64,000 nt of DNA from Tubulanus polymorphus (lineage: Eukaryota > Animalia > Nemertea), in contig NC_134030.1 in NCBI RefSeq assembly GCF_964204645.1, forward strand, positions 22,838,210-22,902,209, in the 5' to 3' direction. The translations under genes and the position numbers were made by a program. This document shows, piece after piece, positions 40,142-51,300 of the stretch. The notes beneath the pieces are model-generated. The model saw nothing but the letters and a program-made list of their open reading frames with translations. It searched no databases and was not told where the DNA came from. Position 1 is the first letter of the stretch; the number at the start of each line of letters is the position of its first letter.

Positions 40142-40406
40142 TTCCTTGAGCTAGTGTAGTTTATTCAACATTTCGACTATATCCTAATAGTCATCTTCAG
40201 GAATACTGTATTCCTTGAGCTAGTGTAGTTATTCAACATTTCGACTATATCCTAATAGCCATCTTCAGGAATACTGTATTCCTTGAGCTAGTGTAGTTTA
40301 TTCAACGTTTCGACTTTATCCTAATAGCCATCTTCAGGAATACTGTATTCCTTGAGCTAGTGTAGTTTATTCAACGTTTCGACTATATCCTGATTTTCAG
40401 GAATAC
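40142..40406 (-). ncRNA. Tandem array of minimal type I hammerhead ribozyme motifs (69-nt period, 3 intact plus 1 deleted unit)
   Basis: Each minus-strand unit reads UAUUC-CUGAAGA-U-G(A/G)CUAU-UAGGAU-AUAGUC-GAAA-(C/U)G-UU-GAAUA. This gives the catalytic core, a 6-bp stem II, a 5-bp stem I (UAUUC/GAAUA) and a palindromic minimal stem III. Confidence 0.75.
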
Positions 40407-41030
40407 TTTGTTAAATATATCGATAATTGAATTGACCGGCAACCAGTCTAGCCCGGATATATTGATGCCGTAGAGCACAAGTATAGTTATGAAATATATT
40501 TGACTACTAAACGACAAAATTCACAAACGTTATTGTTATCTTAAAACGCCAATATTGATGACGTAGTTCACATCGACACATACAGAACTGCTTAAATAAC
40601 ACACGAGGTTTTAATTTATATAGAAATGATTGTAACGGTTTTTACGGCGTCAAATAGTTTTCAAACTTAGTCTGTTTGTTCTGGAAGTTTATGAATATTT
40701 CATAATCATGTTATTACATTATAGAATTCCCAAAGACAAATAATTCGGTTGAAGTTGAATTGATCAAATTGATGAAAAGCTGAAACAAACTTTCACACTC
40801 TATTTCTTTCATTCTTGGTGCGGGTTGTTTATTACAAGTTGGTTACAATACACACATTATTTAGAAATCTTCGAATATCACTATTGAAGTATCGTTAATT
40901 ATTTCGAGCACCACAAACTGAGAAACATGATATACACTCGAAAAGTGATCTGACAACATCTTCGAGGCTGCAGGAAAAACCGTTCTATTTTTAATTCCCT
41001 ACCGACCAAAGCTTTTTTAGTCGTGCATTC

Positions 41031-41450
41031 GTAAGAGTTTGTGAAATACAGTAGACTCTGTGTCTTACTGCGGTAAAGTTGAGACCGGTAAAATTCTACC
41101 CCGAGTTGGTGTCAAATACTGAGTAAGAGTTTGTGAAATACAGTAGACTCTGTCTCTTACTGCGGTAAAGTTGAGACTGGTAAAATTCTACCCCGAGTTG
41201 GTGTCAAATACTGAGTAAGAGTTTGTGAAATACAGTAGACTCTGTCTCTTACTGCGGTAAAGTTGAGACTGGTAAAATTCTACCCCGAGTTGGTGTCAAA
41301 TACTGAGTAAGAGTTTGTGAAATACAGTAGACTCTGTCTCTTACTGCGGTAAAGTTGAGACTGGTAAAATTCTACCCCGAGTTGGTGTCAAATACTGAGT
41401 AAGAGTTTGTGAAATACAGTAGACTCTGTCTCTTACTGCGGTAAAGTCAG
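41031..41450 (+). repeat. 92-nt tandem repeat, about 4.5 copies
   Basis: Unit gtaagagtttgtgaaatacagtagactctgtctcttactgcggtaaagttgagactggtaaaattctaccccgagttggtgtcaaatactga. Also at 50128-50491(-) and 51418-51847(+). Confidence 0.95.
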
Positions 41451-42783
41451 TGATTTTGTCTATCTGTAGGAATAAGGAGAGGGGTTTTTACTGAAGTGCT
41501 ACGTGTTCATGAATGAAAGAGATTTAATAATTATGTATTCAAACCCACGCTTTAAAATAAAAGGTTTTCTGCTCGGAAAAAAGGCGCATTGTTATTAACA
41601 GGTTCGGTTTTAAGCGCAGGTCTTTTTAATTGCATCACGTAAAAAGACCACAAATCAAATTTTCCATTCAAACGTTGTTGACATGATTTTCTGGAATATC
41701 AGATGCATCTATTCATCGGTCTAAACATAGACACTGGAGATAAGCTCATTTTGGTCAAGATCTGCAGGAGTTCAGACTTTTGATAAGACCGCATTTTCCC
41801 TAATATGTTCTTATATTACAAATTAAGACCAGATCGTTTCCCAATTAGATGAATATTGATTTTGATATTGTTAAATACCAGCGATAAAGTTTTAATCAAG
41901 ACCAAGACAAGAAAAATGATATTGATATTAAGATGAAAAATGATATTTTGAATTTAGATTTCAAATTTGAATTTGATATTGCAGGCGCGGATGCAGACTA
42001 TCGCACATGCAGCACGTGCGGTACTGTAGTCGCAGTTTTCAAATGCCCTTGAAAAATTTTTGTTTCGGGAAAAAAGTAAATAAAAGGGCACACAATTTGT
42101 GCGCCATAAAAAAATAATTGCCTTTCTGTACTAGGACTAAAGCAAAATGTGAATGGAAATAAATTGCCCAAAATCAATAAAGACAATTTTCCTTTACTCA
42201 AAAGGGCACTATTCTAAAAGAGACATTATTGTTGCTCTATAAATCTAATCGAAAAAGGGCAAATTTCGCCAAAAATCTAAAAAAGGTACACGGAAATTGT
42301 ATGTGAAGGTAAATTAAGTGGCATGATGCCAATAAATGGCACTCAAACTCAAACTCGCTCGCTGGGCATCAATACTGGCCCTTTTCAAAGTTGGTGCCCT
42401 TTTTTCACTGTGCTGTCGTCACCGAATGGCCCTGGATCCGCGCCACCGAATGGCCCTGGATCCGCGCCACCGAATGGCCCTGGATCCGCGCCACCGAATG
42501 GCCCTGGATCCGCGCCTGTATTGATATTGAATATAACGCGAGTAATAAATAAACCACAATTCGAAATTTGAAATGAAATAAAAACTTTAAAGATGTTTTG
42601 TTGTGGTTTTGTCGAAGTTCTTGTCAAATTTTCCATCAAAGTTTTTCGTTTTTTGTCAAATGAAATTTGTATCGAAACAAGATCGAAGATCGGCATGAAT
42701 TTTGATTTCGTGCCGAAAACAAAGAGGATTTTTTGAAATAACTGAAATAATTTCGGTAATAAAGTAAAGAGTAAAATGCTTAC

Positions 42784-42881
42784 CTGTGTTAACGATAATG
42801 ATATAGCGTATCGTCGCTTGTCCGCCCGTTCACTGGTTTAACTGTTGTTATATTGACGGTTATATATATAACTGTTATAAC
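42784..42881 (-). promoter_or_regulatory. TATA box plus candidate non-coding first exon ending in CAG|GTAAGC
   Basis: TATATATATAA at 42871-42881, CAGT Inr-like sequence about 30 nt downstream, a strong donor at 42784/42783 and no ATG. The nearest downstream coding exon on this strand belongs to the 30953 prepropeptide. Confidence 0.5.
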
Positions 42882-43300
42882 GAGGTTTATCAGGAGGCGC
42901 TGATGAATAATAACTCATACAGTGATGATCTATGAGTGATGAATATCAGTCCCTGGCAGCAACCTCTCCTCCACACTCTCTCTCCCGCGCGCACGCGAGT
43001 CAGTCCGCGTCCGTATTTTAACGATGATTAATAGTTGATCTCTCCTCTCTCTCTATCTTCAACTCGGCCGTTTAAGCTAACAAGTCCCTCCGGCTTCAAG
43101 ATATTAGCTATTTTACTTTATTGGTGCGTGCTTGTTGAGTTTGCGGACTCTAGTAAAAGACGGAGAGGGGCGTTACAGGGTGACTGCATCCCAGGGGGAG
43201 TACAGGGTGGCTGCATCGTGGAGGGGGGCGTTACAGGGTGAATGCATCACCTACATATTTTCCAAGTCATTTGTAATGAAAGTTTCTAAGAATTTGGTTA

Positions 43301-43460
43301 CCTAATCGATGATGTCATAACCGAATCAATGATGTCATAACCTAATCGATGATGTCATGACCTAATCGATGACGTCATAACCTAATCGATGACGTCATAA
43401 CCTAATCGATGACGTCATAGCCTAATCGATGATGTCATAGCCTAATCGATGATGTCATAA
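43301..43460. repeat. 20-nt x8 tandem repeat containing CRE palindromes
   Basis: Unit cctaatcgatga(c/t)gtcata(a/g). Perfect TGACGTCA at 43370, 43390 and 43410. Confidence 0.9.
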
Positions 43461-44024
43461 GGTGATATGAGCTATTATCGATATGCTACCGGTGCTGCGG
43501 CTGCTGCTGCTGCTGCCGCTGCTGGCGGGTTAGAGTAATTAATTAGGAAGTAGAGATAGACAATATGCCCTAGCGGGGTCGTCCATCACCGGGCAGGAGT
43601 TTACCCTAGCGGGGTCGTCCATCACCGGGCAGGAGTTTACCCTCGTGGGGTCGTCCATCACCTGGCGGGTGTGTTCGCCTTCGTGGGGTCGTCCATCAAT
43701 AAGCAGATAAGCGGTAATTGAATCGCTTAACGTTGAAGATGAGAGATAAATTTGAAGAAATGAATATTTATTAGTTATTTTTTTCAAGTAACGCAGGGAA
43801 AGAAAACTTAATTCTTGGATGCACATTCTGAAAACTTAATTCTTGGATGCACATTCTGATCGGTTGTTGATCTACATTTCACCGTGTTAAACTTGATACA
43901 GCCAAACACGCTTAGTGGAGACCATTGGGTTTGATCTAAAACCGGTCTAAGCTGTTGTGATTAATTAATTAGAGAGTTAGTGTGAATGGAGTCACCGTGC
44001 AGCTGACTAATCACCACTACATAA

Positions 44025-44300
44025 TGGTCACCACACCTGAGTGGTCACCGGTCGCCACACCTGACTGGTCACCGGTCACCACACCTGACTGGTCACCGGT
44101 CACCACACTAAGCAGACAAACTTACAAACTCGGTATACCATCACTGGTTTATGGACTAGTGGTTAGCATGCTCGGCTGTTGTGCTGGCGGTCGCAGGTTC
44201 GAGTCCTGCTAGGGTTAGGGTTACTACGGACCTTGGGTTAGGGTAAGTGTGTCCTAGGATTAGGGTTACGGGGTTAGGGTCCATGGCAATTTTCGTGGCG
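44025..44300 (+). mobile_element. tRNA-derived element with TTAGGG-like tail, copy 2
   Basis: 24-nt repeated head, A box TGGACTAGTGG (44152-44162), T-arm GCAGG-TTCGAGT-CCTGC containing the B box (44196-44206), then ttaggg-like repeats. Confidence 0.75.
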
Positions 44301-45329
44301 AATTTGAACATTTTCAAACATTGAATTACATTTTCAATTACTTTTGGTGGGAAATCTAATCCTCTCCCAATCTCCTTTTATTCGAGCTGAACCAAAAAAC
44401 AACAAATCAATTCATGGAAAAAGTAATTAAGAATATTTTATTCTCCAGAAAATTTCTATGAAGGCAAAAATTCACTCATTAAATTCACAATAAAACCGGA
44501 TATTCCCTACTTAAAAACAAAAACTGTACCGTTACTGTGGCAAGTGAGGATTCCACGTAGAAGATCCACTAGGTGTCGCTATTGGTTTTATTAGAGTCCA
44601 ATTAAAATCATATCAAATTTTCTTGCTAGAAAAGTATGAATCAGACATTATATTTCATCTGGGAGCTTGAAAATCTAGTTGATAAAGTGATTGAAGCTAA
44701 CTTCGTAAAGCCACACCATCTGGTGGTGAACTCTGGCACTTCATTGGTTTAAGGGTCGAATCCCAGAGTAATGGCCTATATTTAATTGTTTTTTTTTTAT
44801 TGTTCCACTCGGTTTTTGGGGACCGGCCCAATTACGTTTAAGCTAAATATTTTACAATATATTTACAGTCGTATTTCGTATCACAGAATTTCGCTTCAGG
44901 TGAGGGACGCGCACTCTACACAATACGCGTACCAGGTGTATAAATATAGCAATCTAACAGTTTAACTAAACCTCAAATTAAATAGAATTTCACTTGGCAG
45001 TTTTTCAAACTCTACTAAAACAAAATCGTCTACTATTTTAAAACAAAGCGGGTCTAATTGGAGCGATTGTCTCTCTATCATCCGTGGATGGCGTCCGGTT
45101 AAACGAGGCAAAATCCACAACCAAAGATTCAAACGTTTGCGATCTCTATCGGGCAGGCCTATCGTGACGTCACAGAGCACCTTGTCCAAAAACACCGCAA
45201 TTCACTGTCTGATAGGTTCATGCGCCCCCTATCGTAGTGTTCAGACATCGAATGACCCCTAACCGGCTATATGCTCCTCTTCAGCGCTCTAGCGGCTGCT
45301 ATTAGAATTATATTAACCCTTTCCTGCCG

Positions 45330-48300
45330 TTATGCTACTTCGATCGGTCCGCCATTACCGCGTAGTTGCATCGTGTTATAACCGTTAAATTCGTGTTGTC
45401 TTCCTTTGATGATATTCTCTCGTAAATCAGGATTCTGTTCGGGGAACGAGTGGTGGAATTTACGATGAGCTCGCGATTTACTGAACGAGTCTTGTATTTT
45501 CAGCAGCGACGTCTGCGGCCGTGGCGTTCCCGACGCCGGGTTCCAATCGAATCGTTTGTCGTGTTTGAACGACATGTCGTACGGTGGCGCCCCCGAACCG
45601 AACTGAGCTTGATAGGCGCTTTTAAATTCACTCCGGTCCTCGCTTACTGCTTTACCACGTGACTCGGCGAACTGATCCTGTACTATAGTCCTATCGTACG
45701 ATCCGCGCATGCGCGATGTACGCTGGTTTTGCTCGTCGGTGGCGCGCAGACTCGGCATCGGCCAGGTTCCGTTAAACAGCGCTACGACGGGTTTATCCGA
45801 GGCCGGTATGACGTCATTATTCAATTGGGAATCACTGAGGGTATTCCTCGGGTCGAACTTCGCCTGTGAACTGGTGTATTGTACCTCGGATACAGGCTGG
45901 TTCACCGATCCGCTCATAGGGGCGCTGCTCAGACGAATCGGCTCGCCGCCTGCTCCAGTTGCTATGGTGACGTTCTCGGTGAATTGTACTGTTTTCGGAC
46001 GTTTGGTTGACGCATGCGCTTTGACGTTGTGCAGTGATTGGTTGGCGGTTGACATGACGACTAGCGGCTCGTGTCTGGCGAACGGATGTAAGGAGTACTC
46101 CTGTAAGAATTTCGGTTTGTTGTAACTCGTACCGTGGGTCGATTCTGTGTTAATGACACCGTTTTCGACTGTTTTCACATCGACATCAGTTAAATCCGGT
46201 TTCAGATGTTGTTTCTGTAAGAAGGTTTGTTTAGCCAGCGGTGCTAACACTTCTTCCGGTTCCTGTCTTCCGGATATCAGACTGTTCGGCTCGTTGTATA
46301 GATTCATAGCGTTGAAGCTGTTCGTTACGTTCATCTGCGCGCTCAACGAACTCGATTGGTTTATCGCGTCGACGTGAGAGGCGCTAGTGTCGAACATGCT
46401 CGGTCTGACCCCGGTCTCGTAGGCGTCGTCGAGTCTGGCGGATAGTTTCTCGGGTAGGTAGCTGGTCTGATACATGCCCGCTCGTTCAGCCTGGTAAGTT
46501 CCCTCGTGTTTATAGAACACTCCGGGTCGTTCCTTCTCGCTCGTTGTTTTATATTTCTCGTTCAGAGCCTGGATATCGTGACTAGGTTTCTGTAGTTCCA
46601 GTAATTTCCACCGATTCGAAGCCTCGATCTGCTGAAAACGATCTTTCTCCTGATGACGTAGTTCGTCGAGTGGATTTTTTATGCCGTTTACGTCATCGGT
46701 TTTGGCGTTGTGGTGGTCGATGTCTTCACGTGCGTGTGTTTCTCTCTGTTCGTTCAACAGATGGCGTTGTCGTTCCGGATGTAGATCTTTCTCCATCGCC
46801 AGCCATTGTTGCGAACCGTACTTCCGGTCGTCCATGTCTTCTGGCATATTTTTATAGGCTGTTCCATTCATCAGTCGATTCTCTTCCTTTTCGCGAAGAG
46901 TCATTTTTCTGCGGATTGAAAATATCAATTTTCTCAAAATTCTGTTTATTTTTTCAAATTCAATCTAAAAATCGACAAAATATAAAATACCTTTTATAGT
47001 TTGTATTCCACGTGTATTTGTCACCGAAATCATCTGCGTTCACCTGAGGTGAAGGTCGCGGATTGATCTGTCGACCGATTCGACCTTCAACAGGTCGCGG
47101 GGGGTCGAATGTAGGCACCGATCGTGGGTACTGAAAATATACATTAATGTATATAAAGATAAGTCCTAAGGGTAGAATTTCAGTTTATCACAAGCGAATC
47201 TTGATCTATAATTTCAAGAGTTATATCAAATGTTCTTAAAACTCCAGGTCCCGGTACTATAGACCGGTATTACCTTTAACCCGAGGGCTAACTCAATTCA
47301 TCTTCAATAGAGTTAACCCCCGGGTTAAAGGTAATACCAGTCTATAAAATAGGCCCATAAATACAGGAAGTTTTTGTATGTTAATTCCTAAAAGGCTGAT
47401 GCAGTCTGGACCATACATCCCCCTCCTGGGGCCGGTTCTATAGTCATGGCTTAGGCTTAAAGTCTCAAGTCTCAAGTCTTGGAATTAAGTCTCAAGTCTG
47501 AGGAACCGGCCCCAGGAATGCTGCACCGGTCTAGAAAAAATGGGCCCAGGAAAATACAGTTGACCTAGTTCGACAGTTCATCAGTTCAGACACTGTATAC
47601 TATTACACTGTATGTGATGATAATCACTCACCAGTTCATCGTCTATATCACCAGTAGCTTTGAATTTAACGACTTTCTCCCTGTAATTATCCAGAGCTAG
47701 CGGATTACTGGGACCGTGTCCCGTGTTCTCCAGATCGTACGTCGTCTTCCAATGAGATCGTTCCACGTTACGTAACGCGTTCGCTGTACGTTCACATATC
47801 TGTTGGTCGGGACGACGTTTTTCTAAGTTCGGTACGAGGTATTTGATCGGTGTAGGATAGAACTGTTGCCTCCCGCTGTGACCTGACTTCACTAACTGAA
47901 ACACATACAACAAAGCTACTTTAAACATACTGCGGCAATAGAGGATTCTACTCGTGGCAAGTGAGGATCCACCAGGTGCGCTAGTGTACAGTAGGACATC
48001 AACTACTGCGACAATAGGGGATTTCACTATTGGCAAGTGAAGATCCACCAGGTGTCGTTAGTGTGCAGTAGGACATCAATTACTGCCGTAATAGGGGATT
48101 CCACTACGGCAAGTGAGGATCCACCAGGTGTCGCTAGTGGACACTCACATTTCAATTTCATCCTTTCATATTTTCACGAATATTAGTTTTAGTTACCTGG
48201 TTGAATTCCGGTTCCGGCCAGGTTAAGGCTCGTTTATGCGACTCGGAGGGTAGATCTTGTATTTCGTGGCGATCACCTTGACCTTTGAAAAAAATCAATA

Positions 48301-51300
48301 ATTCATACGGTCAGCACAGAATGCGCGCGCATGCGATATTCAAATTAAGAAAAGAAGTTTCACCGACCTTTAGTTTTGTGGACTATAGTGACGTCATAAG
48401 CGTTAGCTGGCATTTCGGCGTCTTTAGGTACGAGCTTACGGGCGTCGACTCCTCGTTTGGGGTCTTTGGGCGACTCGGCGAATTTCGGGAACATGGCTAC
48501 ACGCGGGATGTGTGACGTGTAGGGGTGTTCGGCAGGGAACGGTCGATCTATCATCAATAAACTAGAGAAATATAACAACAGTTGATTTTGAGTATTCTAC
48601 GCAGATATTCACTAATGTGCATTTCAAATGTTCTAACTCAAACTGTAAAACTGTACACTTTAGAACAAGGTCAAGGTCGTATTTATCGTGTGGAACTGAT
48701 GTTAAACTAATTGAGTTATTTGTGGTTTCATTGAGTATATTTTTTACTTACTCCATCCTAGAATCTTTAGGATCCGGTAATCTGAAAGGAAACGACCGTC
48801 AAACATTTCAATTGCATTCATTAAATACAGTTTGAATTCATCGATATATTATATCTACTTACAGTTGGTCGCTGGTTCTTAAATTACTTCTTTTTAACTT
48901 GGTCAAATCATAGCTCTGTTGAATGGGTATATCCCTGGAAAAATGATTTAAAAACAACCTTTAAACCAAGTATATCGAAACCGGGCACCTATGGGTAACT
49001 TTAAAAACAGACTTTAAAACCGGGCCAAGGATGAGGATTGGCTCCTAGGGGTAACTTTGACAACCAGTCCATAAAACCGGGCCCAGGATGAGGATTGGCC
49101 CCTAGGGGTAACTTTGACAACCAGTCCATAAAACCGGGCCCAGGATGAGGATTTGTCCCTAGGGGTAACTTTGATAAACAGTCTATAAAACCGGGCCCAA
49201 GGCACTAGTCATAACTTTCATTGGCAAGTATGTCTATCTGAGCCAGGTCTAGGTCAATACCAGCAGCCATATTCATAGAAGTTGTCTAACTCAGGCTGCG
49301 AGATTTTGTAACTCCAAAAACAAGCCCCGCACAATGCATACATATAACATTTAATGGTCACTATGTTTGTGACTGTTGACAGTGTTGTTAACACATATTC
49401 GGCGACTCAAGGGTCAAGTGTGTTTTAAAACTGTTTCAACCAGCCAACTGTAAACAGTTATGGACAAACAGATCATTGCTGACCACAGTACTGATTACAA
49501 TTATCAGCATACCGATCGTTATAACGCACCGAGGACTGAAGACATAAGACTCAAGCCGCGCTGATAATGTTATTATATAGTTAATACGATAGACATATTT
49601 CAACCGATAATCAATATATGTAAATTAGATATGCAAATTAACTGTGGTTCGCGTGAAACCGCTACGACAGGCGCCAGTTCCTCGGTAGGACTCAATTAAA
49701 GACTCTTAGAGTCAATTTAATTTCGATTTCCAATAATTTTACGACACAAGATGAGGAAACGTTTTCTTGATCTGATCGAGGATTTCGATGTTAGATCTCA
49801 GGTTAATAGCGACACCCGTGTATGAGGATTGATTAAACAATTGATTTACTATAAACTATAGCTCTTTACTAAAAAAGAGTCGGATTCGATTAAGAGAACT
49901 GTGGAACTTAGTCCACAGTGGAACTGGTGGAACTGTGGAACTAGTGGAACTGGTGGATGTTCGTGACAATCGACCTCTCTACGCCCCGCGCTCGCCTGTC
50001 TCTTCCATCGACTTGTAATTAATCAATTATTAATTAACGATTCAATGAACGTCGAATCATTTATTATTAATTTCGCTGGTCACGAGAACAACACAATTAC
50101 ATATCAACACTCATCAGTTACAACCCGTGAGACAGAGTCTACTGTATTTTATAAACTCAGTATTTGACACCAACTCGGGGTAGAATTTTACCGGTCTCAA
50201 CTTTACCGCAGTAAGAGACAGAGTCTACTGTATTTTATAAACTCCGTATTTGACACCAACTCGGGGTAGAATTTTACCGGTCTCAACTTTACCGCAGTAA
50301 GAGACAGAGTCTACTGTATTTTATAAACTCAGTATTTGACACCAACTCGGGGTAGAATTTTACCGGTCTCAACTTTACCGCAATAGGAGACAGAGTCTTC
50401 TGTATTTCACAAACTCTTACTCAGTATTTGACACCAACTCGGGGTAGAATTTTACCGGTATCAACTTTACCGCAGTAAGAGACAGAGTCTTCAAATCAAG
50501 GCTGAATAATTCAAGCCATGAAAGAATTATCATTTATCGCAAATTTTGTATCGTCACCAATTTGTTGTATTGTAATATGCAGCACTGGTGGATGCCGGAT
50601 ACCCTTGAAATATCGGTTAAACGCTGATGTAACCATAGCACCAGAGAACTACTCCTCAAAAACTTAAGCGCTCATTTGAAAACGTATAGAGTTATATAGT
50701 TTAATATTGAAAATTTCTAAATACAAAACTCGAACCAAATTTCGTAGGGTAGTAAAATACTTTCGCAATTTTCAAATTTCAATTTCTGCCCTCTTACCTG
50801 TACGTGAACGTAGCCGCTTTCGGGGCCCAAATATTCTCATTTTTATCTTTCAGTTTACCGGTACCCCACTCTTCGGGTATCTTCGTCGACTTCTCAATCG
50901 GAGGGAACAATTTTAAAGATGTCATTTTATTCTAGAAATTCCGCCACGATCGATCGAAATGCACAGTTTTCACAGTCGGAGATTCTTTCAATCAACACAG
51001 TCAAATCTACGCATTATTCCGGCGGATTCAGGCCGGGGTCATGGACAGTTCGTAACGATGCTGAGTATCCAATAGAACAGTCTGTCTGGGCGACGGTTCC
51101 TGTTGATAGTTAACTCTGTCCCGTTAAACTCGACGTGTGAATGGCGTGTGTTACTAAGGGTAGCGCAGTTACAACACGACAGTCACACTACAGTTACCAG
51201 TTAACCCGACCAACTATTTATCACAATAACCTGTTTAAGACAGTTAGACATTATGAGACGCACTTGCGACTTGTGGCAATTCTTTTATAAGAAAAGCCGC

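Noticed and set aside
44145-44215. Functional tRNA gene
   Set aside because: A and B boxes and the T-arm are present, but the acceptor and anticodon stems do not pair well. There is no oligo-T terminator, and it is embedded in a dispersed element.
44209-44281. Interstitial telomere or chromosome-fusion scar
   Set aside because: Only a few degenerate TTAGGG units, and they are part of an element that also occurs at 31756-31968.
45450-46999. Plus-strand ORFs overlapping the large C7orf31-like exon
   Set aside because: Antisense shadows of a real coding exon.
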